IMG/VR virus record: IMGVR_UViG_3300027741_000053
Coordinates: 7,669-71,668 of that record
Reading direction: 5' to 3' (one strand)
DNA: 64,000 nt
From: a virus
Shown: piece after piece, positions 52,213 through 61,879 of the stretch
Layout of the letters: the number at the start of each line of letters is the position of its first letter
How positions within the stretch are numbered: position 1 is the stretch's first letter
Notes under the pieces: generated by a model
Told to the model about the DNA's origin: nothing
Seen by the model: the letters and a program-made list of their open reading frames with translations, nothing else
Databases searched by the model: none
Position numbers and translations under genes: made by a program

Positions 52213-55086
52213 TTAAGCCTGAGCTTCTTTCCAAGACAAACGAGCCAGAATGTTTGTCGCTGTTCCTGCTGTGTTGGTAGCTACTACATACAGAATATCA
52301 GGACCGTCCGGGTATTGACCTGCCTGTCCAGTAGGTACTGCAAACGTGTTGCCGCCACCAAGAATGGAATTGCCCAAATCCCGAACACCACTCAAATCTA
52401 GAGTGGTCTGACCACTGGAGTTGGTAAATGCCGCAGCAACCGACTCGCCACCTGTAATTGTGGCAGTCGTCGTAGTATTAGCCGCGACTTGAGCCAACGA
52501 GGAAGTATAGGCGTTACCAAATGCTGGACCAGACCATGATCCGCTAAAGCTAGTGCAATATCCATTAAGGATTAGCTGGATCAAAAATGTACCAGCCGAC
52601 ACAATTCCAAGTTCAACCAACTGCAACTGCATACGGTTGATAATTTCCTTGTTGCCAAGCAAACCAATCTGTCCGTTATCTACTGACGGAGCAACCCGAA
52701 TCGCAATAACAGGAACCGTTGCACCAGCAGGAACCGCCAATTGAGCCGTGGTTCCGTAGTTAAAGATGAGCGACTTGTCATCGTTGAACTGACCATCCAT
52801 GATGGCAGAGGAACCCCAGTGCGCCAGCGAAGGCACCGTGTCTGGAGATACAAGCTCTACTGCAACAGGAGCGGTTGTAGAGTATGCAAAAGATGTTGCG
52901 CCACCACCGCCTGTTTGTGCGCGTGACAGTCCGTACAAAATACTACCATCATTGCCTGTGTAAGCAATATATTCACACGCTCCACTTGCACCGGCTTGAG
53001 ATAATTTTACCGTACCCGCTGGTGGGAATTTGCTGGAATCTGCAACGTCGATTGAGGAAACATAAACATATGTACTTGTACTATGACTAGCAGGTTTTGT
53101 ACCGCCAAAACCGCGAATACAATTAAGAAATGAAGTAGAACTAATCGCACTATAATAAATTAATTCGGAATCAATTTGAATCACTCCGGAATTATTGTAA
53201 TAAGAGAACAAAGTGCTAGCATTCGTAGGAATTGTAGTTTGAATTGGGGTAATAGAAGTGCTAATATAATAAGGAAAAACTGAGTAATCCAAAAAATTCG
53301 ACAACGTAGTAACCGGCCCAATACCGTTTGATTCATAGTGAGCAGCCATGTTTCCTGACCGCATGTATGCTTCAAACTGTCGGTTGTTGTTTTGAATCTG
53401 GGTGACGTAGTTAATGTTGCCGTTTGTAGTACGAACACCAAAACGAATAACACCAGCACCGTACCAAGAGTAGTCGATAAACCACATCTGCATCCGGGTC
53501 AGGTCAATGTTATAACCTGACGGACCTGTGCCATTACATGGGTCAGTCCATTGCGACTGTGGGATGCGGGTTTCAATGGTCTTAGAAACCAAACAATTTG
53601 TAAGGTCAGACGTTCCGCGATACTCAGGAGAAACCTGCATATTTTGGTTATCGGTAATAGTAATCACTCGATACGTCATTCCTCGAATGACAATAAAATC
53701 ACCCGGAGCAAGCTGGCTTGAAAATTGAGTATTTGAATCGCCAACAACAGCAGCACTGCCTACCGTAACAGATACGGTTCCGTTTAGCTGGTTGATACTG
53801 TTACGAAGTACAGCGTAAAGAGTTTGCCCGTCGTACTCAAAGAACATCCCGTTCTGTTGGTCAAAAAACCCAACACGGTTGGATGAACCATACCAAGTCA
53901 ACGGAGAAACACGAATGCCAAACCCGGTAGCAGGAGAAACCCCAGCCGACGACAACATTGTGTAAGTAAACGTCGTTGGAGAAGGCACGGTTACAATCGT
54001 AAAAGTGCCGTTGTATGGACCTTGGTCTGCGCCAACAACCTGAATCTTTGAACCAACAGCAAGGTTATGCTGGAACCGGCAAGTAACCGTTGCGGTAGTA
54101 CCTGCTGACGTAATAGACGTTAAAAACACCGCCGGCTTTAAACAGGTACCAGTTGAAAACTGAATGCCTTTACCAGACTGATACCGGAAGTATCGACGAG
54201 TTTGACGAATCAACTGTTGGTTTGGAACTGCGCCACCAGCAGAGAAAGCCACCCCACCGTCAAACGTACGAGGCTCAACATAACCCGAAGGACGGGCATA
54301 AATGTTGATGTTGCTGTATGTCGTAGCCGGGTTTGATGTAGTAACCGTTCCAGAGGCAGCGGCGGCAGTAACCGTAAACGTGTTTTGCGCTGTAACCGTA
54401 GCTACAATATACGCGCCGTTGACGTTTGTGCCGCCAGTCGTGCCAGTAATGTAAACGTAGCTGCCTTTGTTTAAACCGTGAGCAAACTGAGTAGTAACCG
54501 TGATTACGGTTGAGCTAGTAACAACAACAGCAGAAGTATTATTTTTAGCTACTGCAATACCGCAGTTAGAATAAAAATAACCTAGATAAACATAGGTTGC
54601 TGTGGGATTAAAGTATTCCGTACCATTAACTGCGGTCGAAGACCCCGGCGCAAGTTTTACGGTAAACGTGGTAGAGGTACCACCAGTCTCAACATACCCC
54701 CAACCATTGATTGTTGAGTTGGTCGTATTTTGGATGTAGACGGGCGTATTACTGGGAAAAGAAACCGACGAAGCAAAACCAATTGTGATTTGGTCAGCGG
54801 TAGCTGTACCCTTAACAGAGTTAACAGCAAGTGGCTGCTGGGGAATGTAGTAAACCGATTGCCGGTTTTGTTGCAGTCCAATCGTTTCCCACTTGGTGGG
54901 CTGCGTACCATATTCAAAGTCCGTATCAATCAGCGCCTGTGGCTGAGATACACGAAGTTTGTTTACGGGGTCCATTACTCCGGGAGCTGGAGTAACAAAT
55001 GGTGAAGCCGCACCAGAGTTATTGGTGCCTTGGATCGGAATCGATTTATTAGTAATGCTGTCTACAGCAGTCCATCCACCAGACAT
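52213..55086 (-). CDS. Large beta-rich structural protein (head fibre/decoration-like)
   Basis: Thr/Ser/Gly-rich with repeated HGL/HNL beta modules; paralogous core with 36706..38094. Confidence 0.6.
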   Translation of the reverse strand: MSGGWTAVDSITNKSIPIQGTNNSGAASPFVTPAPGVMDPVNKLRVSQPQALIDTDFEYGTQPTKWETIGLQQNRQSVYYIPQQPLAVNSVKGTATADQITIGFASSVSFPSNTPVYIQNTTNSTINGWGYVETGGTSTTFTVKLAPGSSTAVNGTEYFNPTATYVYLGYFYSNCGIAVAKNNTSAVVVTSSTVITVTTQFAHGLNKGSYVYITGTTGGTNVNGAYIVATVTAQNTFTVTAAAASGTVTTSNPATTYSNINIYARPSGYVEPRTFDGGVAFSAGGAVPNQQLIRQTRRYFRYQSGKGIQFSTGTCLKPAVFLTSITSAGTTATVTCRFQHNLAVGSKIQVVGADQGPYNGTFTIVTVPSPTTFTYTMLSSAGVSPATGFGIRVSPLTWYGSSNRVGFFDQQNGMFFEYDGQTLYAVLRNSINQLNGTVSVTVGSAAVVGDSNTQFSSQLAPGDFIVIRGMTYRVITITDNQNMQVSPEYRGTSDLTNCLVSKTIETRIPQSQWTDPCNGTGPSGYNIDLTRMQMWFIDYSWYGAGVIRFGVRTTNGNINYVTQIQNNNRQFEAYMRSGNMAAHYESNGIGPVTTLSNFLDYSVFPYYISTSITPIQTTIPTNASTLFSYYNNSGVIQIDSELIYYSAISSTSFLNCIRGFGGTKPASHSTSTYVYVSSIDVADSSKFPPAGTVKLSQAGASGACEYIAYTGNDGSILYGLSRAQTGGGGATSFAYSTTAPVAVELVSPDTVPSLAHWGSSAIMDGQFNDDKSLIFNYGTTAQLAVPAGATVPVIAIRVAPSVDNGQIGLLGNKEIINRMQLQLVELGIVSAGTFLIQLILNGYCTSFSGSWSGPAFGNAYTSSLAQVAANTTTTATITGGESVAAAFTNSSGQTTLDLSGVRDLGNSILGGGNTFAVPTGQAGQYPDGPDILYVVATNTAGTATNILARLSWKEAQA

Positions 55087-55100
55087 GGTGACTCCTTACT

Positions 55101-55116
55101 GGGGGCCGAAGCCCCC
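55101..55116 (-). other. cUUCGg tetraloop hairpin without U-tract, just upstream of an RBS
   Basis: GGGGGC-TTCG-GCCCCC on the - strand followed by AGTAAGGAG. Confidence 0.55.
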
Positions 55117-55122
55117 GTCAAA

Positions 55123-55635
55123 TTACGCAGATGCTGGGAACATTACGCCATCAGAACCACGAACGAGGTACTGGCAGGTAATGACTACAGAACCAGCCGT
55201 TGGGTTACCCGTCGTCGCCGTAAATGTAGCAAACATTGGGATATCAACCGTACCAATGTTATTGGTGGCTGACGAAACCAAAGCCGCTGCAATCGTCGTT
55301 GGAGCGGTCTGCGCGGTCGTCAAACCAATAGAACAAGTGGTTAAATATGCGTTTGCCGTCCCCGAATTTCCAATTGTTACTTCAACAACAGAAACTGAGT
55401 TACCGGAAATGGTTGCCAGCTTTTCAATTTGAAAGCTAAGGATTTTAGCTCCAGCCGGAATGGTAAACAACGACTGAGCAACTGGAGAAGAAGTCAACGC
55501 AACGCCAGACATTGCGATAGTGGCAGTCTGGGCAACAATAGTTGCGCCAAGATTGCGAATTGTCCCTGCTGTAGTTCCGGTCGTATCTTTAACCGTGCCC
55601 AACAACCAAGGACCAAGGTGCGTAGCAAAACCCAT
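55123..55635 (-). CDS. Putative capsid decoration/minor structural protein
   Basis: MGFATHLGPWLLGT; first gene after the MCP. Confidence 0.6.
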   Translation of the reverse strand: MGFATHLGPWLLGTVKDTTGTTAGTIRNLGATIVAQTATIAMSGVALTSSPVAQSLFTIPAGAKILSFQIEKLATISGNSVSVVEVTIGNSGTANAYLTTCSIGLTTAQTAPTTIAAALVSSATNNIGTVDIPMFATFTATTGNPTAGSVVITCQYLVRGSDGVMFPASA

Positions 55636-55640
55636 GATAA

Positions 55641-55715
55641 TTTCCTCAAATCAAAACTTGCTATCTCTTGAGGGAAGTCTGCCTAGTCAGTTAGCAAGTC
55701 GAGTAGTCTAGGTAT
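55641..55715 (-). ncRNA. Pseudoknotted RNA element downstream of the Mu-gpT-like MCP (candidate Mu-gpT-DE motif)
   Basis: Interleaved pairings CCTAG/CTAGG, ACTTGCTA/TAGCAAGT and CCTCAA/TTGAGG (the last covers the RBS). Confidence 0.55.
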
Positions 55716-55736
55716 TTAACTTTATATCACAACAGA

Positions 55737-55770
55737 ATAAAAAAGAAAAGGGGGCTTTTGACCCCCTTCC
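55737..55770 (-). terminator. Rho-independent terminator after the MCP
   Basis: AAGGGGGTC-AAAA-GCCCCCTT then TTCTTTTTT. Confidence 0.75.
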
Positions 55771-55777
55771 CTTTACA

Positions 55778-56689
55778 TCAGGTCGATCCGGGCGATCCCC
55801 AGATCCCCAATGGATCAGACCAGCCAAACGAATAACGCTCGCGGGCTTTGTACCGCACGTTACCCGTATCAAAGTCACCGTCCATACCTGTGCTCATTGG
55901 CGTACGAACAAAGTGCTTCATGCCGTTTGGAACATCCGTCGTCAGGAACCATGCGTTCGTATCCGTTAGGAAGTGGTTAACAGTGTAACCACCAGGAATC
56001 GAACCATTGTTCTTGATTGCGTTGATATCGTTATCGGTAGTACCGACACGCAATTCCGTCTCAAGGAGGCGGGTTGCAACGAACATCAATGACGGAGGAA
56101 CAATCAGCTTTTTAGGCTTGGCAGCGATCAACAGACCACGTTCGTCCGTCCACGCTGCAATCTGAATCACTGCCGCCTCAAGTGCGGTTTCATTCAGATC
56201 AACACCCGTCGAAGGACGATTGCTGTTAGTACCACCGGAAACCAACGGGTGAGCCGTGCTAAACAAAGCCACACCGTCGCCACCCGTATACGCAGCGTTA
56301 AAACCGTTGTTCAAAACACCGGAACCTTTAACCTGTTTCGTATACGCCATTCCGCGAGCCAACGCTTTGGTGTAACGCGACGAAAGCGAGTCATAGAGGT
56401 TGTCCTCAATAGCCTCTTCCGTCAACGAAAAACCAAGAGCAATGGTTTCGTGGTTGTAGCGAGCCGTCCATGCTTCCTGTGCGTTGTCATAAGCGATGGC
56501 AGAGCCTTCGTTTTTGACCGGCGCAGCAGAGAAACCAGATAGTTTGGTTTCTTCTTCAAAAGAACGCTCGGAAGTCTCAGTTTCGTAGATTTCCTTGTGT
56601 TCCTCACCATAACGTGAATACTCAAGACCGAACAAGGCGTTAAGGCCCGGAAGCAGTTCTTTGAGTAGCTGGGCGCGTGAAATAGCCAT
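55778..56689 (-). CDS. Major capsid protein (Mu gpT-like HK97 fold)
   Basis: MAISRAQLLKELLPGLNALFG, DGVALFSTAHP, PKKLIVP, KARERYSFG; AGGAG RBS; terminator after it. Confidence 0.9.
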   Translation of the reverse strand: MAISRAQLLKELLPGLNALFGLEYSRYGEEHKEIYETETSERSFEEETKLSGFSAAPVKNEGSAIAYDNAQEAWTARYNHETIALGFSLTEEAIEDNLYDSLSSRYTKALARGMAYTKQVKGSGVLNNGFNAAYTGGDGVALFSTAHPLVSGGTNSNRPSTGVDLNETALEAAVIQIAAWTDERGLLIAAKPKKLIVPPSLMFVATRLLETELRVGTTDNDINAIKNNGSIPGGYTVNHFLTDTNAWFLTTDVPNGMKHFVRTPMSTGMDGDFDTGNVRYKARERYSFGWSDPLGIWGSPGST

Positions 56690-56699
56690 GATTTACTCC

Positions 56700-57578
56700 T
56701 TAGAACGGGGTGGCGTAGTAATACTCATGGTTGCTGAAATTCAGCTTCACAAGCATTTCTGGGTACTGGGTGAACACGATGGTGCTGTTAGCCGGAACAG
56801 CAGTTCCAGTTGCAGCCGTACCACCCGCGCCAACCACGCCATACTGGGCATTCAAAACAACCGAAGTCGTGCTGTTTGCCGCGATAGCGGTAGTAACAAA
56901 CGAACCAGATTGAATAATCTGACCGTTTGCAGCAATGAAGGAAATGTCAGTTCCTTGAGGAACCGCAAAACCAACGTTTGCTGTGGTCGTCAAAGTCGTA
57001 GTACCCGAAGACCAAACCGCCGTTCCAAGAACAACAGCCGTATCAGGAACAACACCAACAACACGGAACGGGAACGCCGCAGTGTTGATAGTTGACGAAT
57101 ACTGCAACGCAATTGCGGAGTTACCCGTATTTGCGCTACCCGCATTGTCAATACTTTGATAGTTTTGCCCAACCATCGCAAAGCTGCCAGAAGCAACCGT
57201 GGTTCCGGAGCTGCAAACAACCGCTTTAAAAACGGTGTCAGGATCGTCACAAACAATTGCAACCGCATCACCAGCCAGCGTTGAAGCAGGCCAATATTGC
57301 GAGAAGCGCTTTTGTTTAGTGGTTGGATCAGTAAACGAACAGCCAAGAAATACCCCGACCATGCCCGAACCCGGCGCACCTTTAGGGTTCGTCGAGCCGT
57401 CAGTCACAGCCAAGCGAGTTGCAAAACCACGCACCAAACCAACTACGTCGCCGTAGTAAATGCCAGTTGCGTAACCATATTGAATCGGGAGGTTACGGGT
57501 AGAACCCGCAAACACCTGACCACCGATCAGATTGATCGGCTTTAGCCCATAGGGCGCGTCAATCGTAGGATAAGCCAT
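56700..57578 (-). CDS. Capsid-associated/decoration protein
   Basis: APYGLKPI, GVFLGCSFTDP, DDPDTVFK; directly upstream of the MCP. Confidence 0.65.
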   Translation of the reverse strand: MAYPTIDAPYGLKPINLIGGQVFAGSTRNLPIQYGYATGIYYGDVVGLVRGFATRLAVTDGSTNPKGAPGSGMVGVFLGCSFTDPTTKQKRFSQYWPASTLAGDAVAIVCDDPDTVFKAVVCSSGTTVASGSFAMVGQNYQSIDNAGSANTGNSAIALQYSSTINTAAFPFRVVGVVPDTAVVLGTAVWSSGTTTLTTTANVGFAVPQGTDISFIAANGQIIQSGSFVTTAIAANSTTSVVLNAQYGVVGAGGTAATGTAVPANSTIVFTQYPEMLVKLNFSNHEYYYATPF

Positions 57579-57596
57579 TTAAAGCTCCATAAAAAT

Positions 57597-58040
57597 TTAG
57601 GTACCTTTGCCAAAGCTGGTCGCAGATTTGCGCTCTTTAAAAAGCGGCATCCTTGGGTCGCTTTGACGCATCAAAGTGCTGTCAACTGCATCCGCATCAT
57701 CTTTTGCTTTCTTAGCGTAATAAGCATCACGCTGGTCAACAAACTCCTGAGGCGTTTTACACAACAACAATCCACCAATCTCAATATTGTCTTTGAATCG
57801 ACTATTTGGATCTGACAAAAGTCGAAACTTTGGTTGCTCTTCAATCATAACCGGCTCCCATCCTTCCCGTAGCTTTGCAGACACGTTACGCGGATCTGAT
57901 TGGCCCAAGGTAGATACCCGAATCCAACGATATGCATAACCCGGCTGTTTGTCCGGCTCCGGCAAAACCTCCGGAGGAGCCCACGATGTCGGGCGGATAG
58001 AGAATTCACGATCTTCAAGTTCACGCGGTGTACGGCTCAT
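57597..58040 (-). CDS. Conserved head-module protein
   Basis: YRWIRVS...KLREGWEPV...GGLLLCK. Confidence 0.7.
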   Translation of the reverse strand: MSRTPRELEDREFSIRPTSWAPPEVLPEPDKQPGYAYRWIRVSTLGQSDPRNVSAKLREGWEPVMIEEQPKFRLLSDPNSRFKDNIEIGGLLLCKTPQEFVDQRDAYYAKKAKDDADAVDSTLMRQSDPRMPLFKERKSATSFGKGT

Positions 58041-58041
58041 T

Positions 58042-58896
58042 TCAGGACTCCAATTTAATGAATTCGCGGGCATACTGTTCTGGTGTAATCCCAAGCCTCT
58101 TAACCATGTTAAGTTGGGATTTCGTTAGCACAACTTTTTTGGGAGCCATGCTACGAGTTGCGGGAGCAACTACCGTTGTTTGCCGCCTCTCCTGTTTGAA
58201 CCGTTCTGGGAATCGGTCGCGCATTGTTTTGTCAACGTCGCGCCAATAGTCATCAGTATTGTTGTAAGACTGACCGTGTTTTTCAATCAGTTCTTCATGC
58301 AATCCCAATGCCAAAGCAGTCATTAGCTTATCAGATCCAAACCAAGGATTGCGCTCTTGCCACGCAGCCGTTTTGGATTCCAATTTGCTTGGAACACTAT
58401 TTACTACAATTTCCTCTTGTTGTAAAGGGGCTGGCTTAAATTTTTCTGTTTTATCCAAAAGATCTTTGGCAGAAGACATTTTTTGTTGCGCTTCTACCAA
58501 TCTTTCAGAATCGCCAGATTCAAACGCCTCTTTATATTCTTGCTTGGCATCAGCAAACTGCCGTTGGGCACTTTCCTTATATTTTGATACCAACGCAACT
58601 TCAGTGCCGGTTACTTTGGCCTTTAGTTGTTTGTTTTCAGCAAGAACCCTTTGGGCCATTTCGATAGCTTCTTGTCGCTCTCGTTCGGCCTGCTCCTTAA
58701 TACGCCTCTCGTCATGCCAGACTTTTTTCATCTGTTTTAGACGAATCTTAACTTTGTCCGAGTACTCCTCGAGTTCGTCAGCATCTAGCTCTTTGACGAT
58801 CTCTTCAGGCAACGGCTCGCGACCACGATCCTCTGCAGGAGTGTCATCTTCAATCTCAATCTCGATCTCGTCCGAGATATCCAATTTCTCTTCCAT
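58042..58896 (-). CDS. Scaffolding protein
   Basis: Acidic coiled coil, WQERNPWFG, C-terminal RLGITPEQYA. Confidence 0.7.
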   Translation of the reverse strand: MEEKLDISDEIEIEIEDDTPAEDRGREPLPEEIVKELDADELEEYSDKVKIRLKQMKKVWHDERRIKEQAERERQEAIEMAQRVLAENKQLKAKVTGTEVALVSKYKESAQRQFADAKQEYKEAFESGDSERLVEAQQKMSSAKDLLDKTEKFKPAPLQQEEIVVNSVPSKLESKTAAWQERNPWFGSDKLMTALALGLHEELIEKHGQSYNNTDDYWRDVDKTMRDRFPERFKQERRQTTVVAPATRSMAPKKVVLTKSQLNMVKRLGITPEQYAREFIKLES

Positions 58897-58905
58897 AACA
58901 ACTCC

Positions 58906-59307
58906 TTATTTGCGTGAAATGCCGCGAGGATCTTCTACAACCCCCTCAACACTGTCATCGTTAATGATCCTGAATTCGCGATTGTGAATCTTGAGCCGAG
59001 TGCCCGCGTGAGGGCGAACCAACACAAAATCCCCTACCTTGCACCAAGGCCCACTTGGAAAACGCTCTTTGTCTGCGTAACAATCTGGACCAAGCTTGAT
59101 AACAAACAATACCGTGGTTAACAGCTCTTCGTGCTGTCTAGTAATGTCTGCCTTAACAATCCCGTTTTCAAATGTTTCGTCCATTTCAGGGATTGCACAC
59201 AAAATGCGGTAACCCGAAGGATCAGGCAACTGTGATGCCTTGTCCTCAGCTTGAACCGTAAACTCATCCGGACAATCGGGGTTTGAGCCGATTAGGATTT
59301 CAGCCAT
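58906..59307 (-). CDS. groES: GroES/Cpn10-like co-chaperonin
   Basis: PSGYRIL...KLGPDCY...KVGDFV...AGTR...RIINDDSVEGVV. Confidence 0.8.
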   Translation of the reverse strand: MAEILIGSNPDCPDEFTVQAEDKASQLPDPSGYRILCAIPEMDETFENGIVKADITRQHEELLTTVLFVIKLGPDCYADKERFPSGPWCKVGDFVLVRPHAGTRLKIHNREFRIINDDSVEGVVEDPRGISRK

Positions 59308-59500
59308 TCATTTCCTCCAACCTATCTTTGATTTCGCCAACAAAATTATTAGCAATTAAAAGCCCACGGATGATTCCGCAGTAATACCGATAGTCATCAT
59401 ATGACTTGGACGAGCCCATTCCAAGGTTTTCTGATGTTATCTGTATCTCTTGTTGTATCTTGTTTTGAAGATACGTTAAAACTTCATGGTCCATTTCCAC
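59300..59500 (-). CDS. Small conserved head-module protein
   Basis: YDDYRYYCGIIRGL; between portal and GroES. Confidence 0.65.
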   Translation of the reverse strand: MEMDHEVLTYLQNKIQQEIQITSENLGMGSSKSYDDYRYYCGIIRGLLIANNFVGEIKDRLEEMNG

Positions 59501-61871
59501 CTCTTAATTTTGCGGCGTCAATACCCATTTTGACACCGGCTTGCTCTTCTTTAGAATGGATTTGCTCCATGGCAACCCGTTCTTGAGAAGCAATCCTTTG
59601 TTGCTCAATTTGCTGTTGTTGCATCTTGAGTTGAGCATCCGTTTGGTCTTTCTGAGCTTTTCTTTGAAGCTCCTGACCCTTCAATTGCAACTCTTGTTGT
59701 TGCATTTGAATAATCGGATCTTGCTGTTGCTGTTGGGCTTGTTGTTGTGCAGCATCCGCTTGATGCTGCTGGGTCAACTGTTGAGCCGCTTGAGCAACCA
59801 TCCTAGACAAAGCCATTTCAAAATCTTCTGGCAATGGCTCGTCCGAATCCGGCGGAGGCAGATTCCCGCCAACTTGTTGTTCAATCATGTTCCTATAGTC
59901 AAACGCATAATGTTCTGCAATATGCGCCATTAACCCAGTCATCATGATTTGAGCTTGCGGGTTCTGCCCAATGGTCTTAGCGGTCATCGGGTCTTGCATA
60001 AATGCTTGGTGCGCTGCAATGTGCGCTTTGTGATCCTGATAGGCAAAAGCCTTCAATGGCTTCATGCGAAGCACATCCATGTTTTCAGTAATAGGATCTT
60101 TTGGCTTCTGATCGTCTTCAATCTTCACTAACTTGCTTGCGTTCTTAATACCTAAGACTTCAAGCATCTGTCTGTGTAATTGAGCCAGATCATAAAGTTG
60201 TGGTGCTTGTTGAGCCAGTTGAAGCACCGCCTGATACTGCACAACTTTTTGAGACATTGTGGCAGCGTTAGGATCGGAAACCGGAATAACTTCAACCATG
60301 TCATAGTCGGATTTTTTGGCCATAGGAGGCCCGTCTTCCGGCTCATAGTCGTAGTCTTCTGGGGTAAAGTCCCTAATAATCTCCTTTAGAAGCTTGAACT
60401 CTTGCTTCATGGAGTAGTGAACCCTAGCCTGAACCGCCGTCATAATTTTTAACGTGCGCTCCAAAATAGCCAGAGTAGTCCCAACAGGACTTTGAGCAGA
60501 CATGTCGGCAATCTTCAAGTCCGCCGCACTAGCAAACCTTCTTCCTTCTTCAATGATCTTGTCCATCAAAGCAGCCAACACCTGACTCGGCTCCTTATAT
60601 GGGAGCGTCATAATGTTATCTTTGATAGAGCCAGACGAAACGTCTACGTCCCTAAACTCAGCCGGAGCAATGGGAGTATCGTCCCCTTTAATCCTTAATC
60701 CCTTAGTCTTAAACCCACCGGGCAGATTAGCCAACGTCCCAGCATCAACTAACTGTCTCAACAACGATGTACCTGATTTGGCAAATGCCCCAATCAGATG
60801 AATCATTCCAAAGCAATAAAAACCAAATCCCGGAATGTACCCATAATGAACAAAGTGATTTCGTTTTTGTTTTAACGGATCATCTTCATTCCAGTTCCTT
60901 CGGATTGAAAGAACTGTTTGAGTATTCTTTTCAATTGTAATTACATAAGGAAGCCCGATTCCTGTTTCTTCGCCGTCTTCTTTGTCTTCGTATCCGGGAA
61001 GATCATAATTAACATGCATCTCAAGAAGCTTATACCGATCATCCGAGTCGGCCCTAAACCCCATTTTTTCTGCAATTTTTTTCTCTACATCGTCAAAAGT
61101 CTCCGAAGGCTCTCCCAAATCCTCGTCTAGATAAAACCCTCCGACTTGTAGTTTCTTTAATTCATTCTTAGTCTTTCTCATTACATGAGTGACTCGCTCC
61201 GAAGTCAAAAGACTAGATGCCCCATAAGGAACAACAATGTCTTCTGCAGGAACAAACAACGAAACCTGTCTTTGTAGATTTGGATCAAAATAAACTTTTT
61301 TAAAAGCATTGCCTGCCATGCCCAAGCCCCACAGCATTCTTTCATGCTCGGGCCGGAATTCAGGCATGTTCTCCATCAACTGAAAGTTCATGTCCGCCTG
61401 AACCCTTTGGGCGGCTTCTTTCTTTTCTGGAGTTTCTTTTCCAATGATCTGAGTCTTTACCGGACCCTGAGCCGGGAAAGTCTCCATAATTGTTTCTGAT
61501 TGAAACTTAACCAAAGCCTCCGCAAGAATAGGGTGATACACCCCACATGCCCCCGGCCATGGTTCGGTTCTTTCCTCAATCTTCAAACCTAACAATTGAA
61601 TCCCGTCAACATAGGTTTGCATCCAGTCTTTTCTTGAATCTATATCAGACTGAAAATCCCCAAGAAGATCGTCGGCAATCTTTGCCAACTCACTATCATC
61701 CATGTCTTCGGCTAAGTTAGCTCCAAAGTCTTCTTCGTCTTCTGTGAGTTCAATTTCCAGCCCGCCAGCTCGGATTGTTACCGATTCAGGATCTACGATC
61801 TCAATCTCAATTGGTTCTTCATCTAATCCTTCAAGTCCAACCGGAGCTTGATACAAAGCTTTGTCAAACAT
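59484..61871 (-). CDS. Portal protein (P22-like with Gln-rich C-terminal barrel)
   Basis: 795 aa after terL; PWPGACGVYHP, RQLVDAGTLANLPGG; Gln-rich tail. Confidence 0.9.
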   Translation of the reverse strand: MFDKALYQAPVGLEGLDEEPIEIEIVDPESVTIRAGGLEIELTEDEEDFGANLAEDMDDSELAKIADDLLGDFQSDIDSRKDWMQTYVDGIQLLGLKIEERTEPWPGACGVYHPILAEALVKFQSETIMETFPAQGPVKTQIIGKETPEKKEAAQRVQADMNFQLMENMPEFRPEHERMLWGLGMAGNAFKKVYFDPNLQRQVSLFVPAEDIVVPYGASSLLTSERVTHVMRKTKNELKKLQVGGFYLDEDLGEPSETFDDVEKKIAEKMGFRADSDDRYKLLEMHVNYDLPGYEDKEDGEETGIGLPYVITIEKNTQTVLSIRRNWNEDDPLKQKRNHFVHYGYIPGFGFYCFGMIHLIGAFAKSGTSLLRQLVDAGTLANLPGGFKTKGLRIKGDDTPIAPAEFRDVDVSSGSIKDNIMTLPYKEPSQVLAALMDKIIEEGRRFASAADLKIADMSAQSPVGTTLAILERTLKIMTAVQARVHYSMKQEFKLLKEIIRDFTPEDYDYEPEDGPPMAKKSDYDMVEVIPVSDPNAATMSQKVVQYQAVLQLAQQAPQLYDLAQLHRQMLEVLGIKNASKLVKIEDDQKPKDPITENMDVLRMKPLKAFAYQDHKAHIAAHQAFMQDPMTAKTIGQNPQAQIMMTGLMAHIAEHYAFDYRNMIEQQVGGNLPPPDSDEPLPEDFEMALSRMVAQAAQQLTQQHQADAAQQQAQQQQQDPIIQMQQQELQLKGQELQRKAQKDQTDAQLKMQQQQIEQQRIASQERVAMEQIHSKEEQAGVKMGIDAAKLRGGNGP

Positions 61872-61879
61872 AAAAATCC

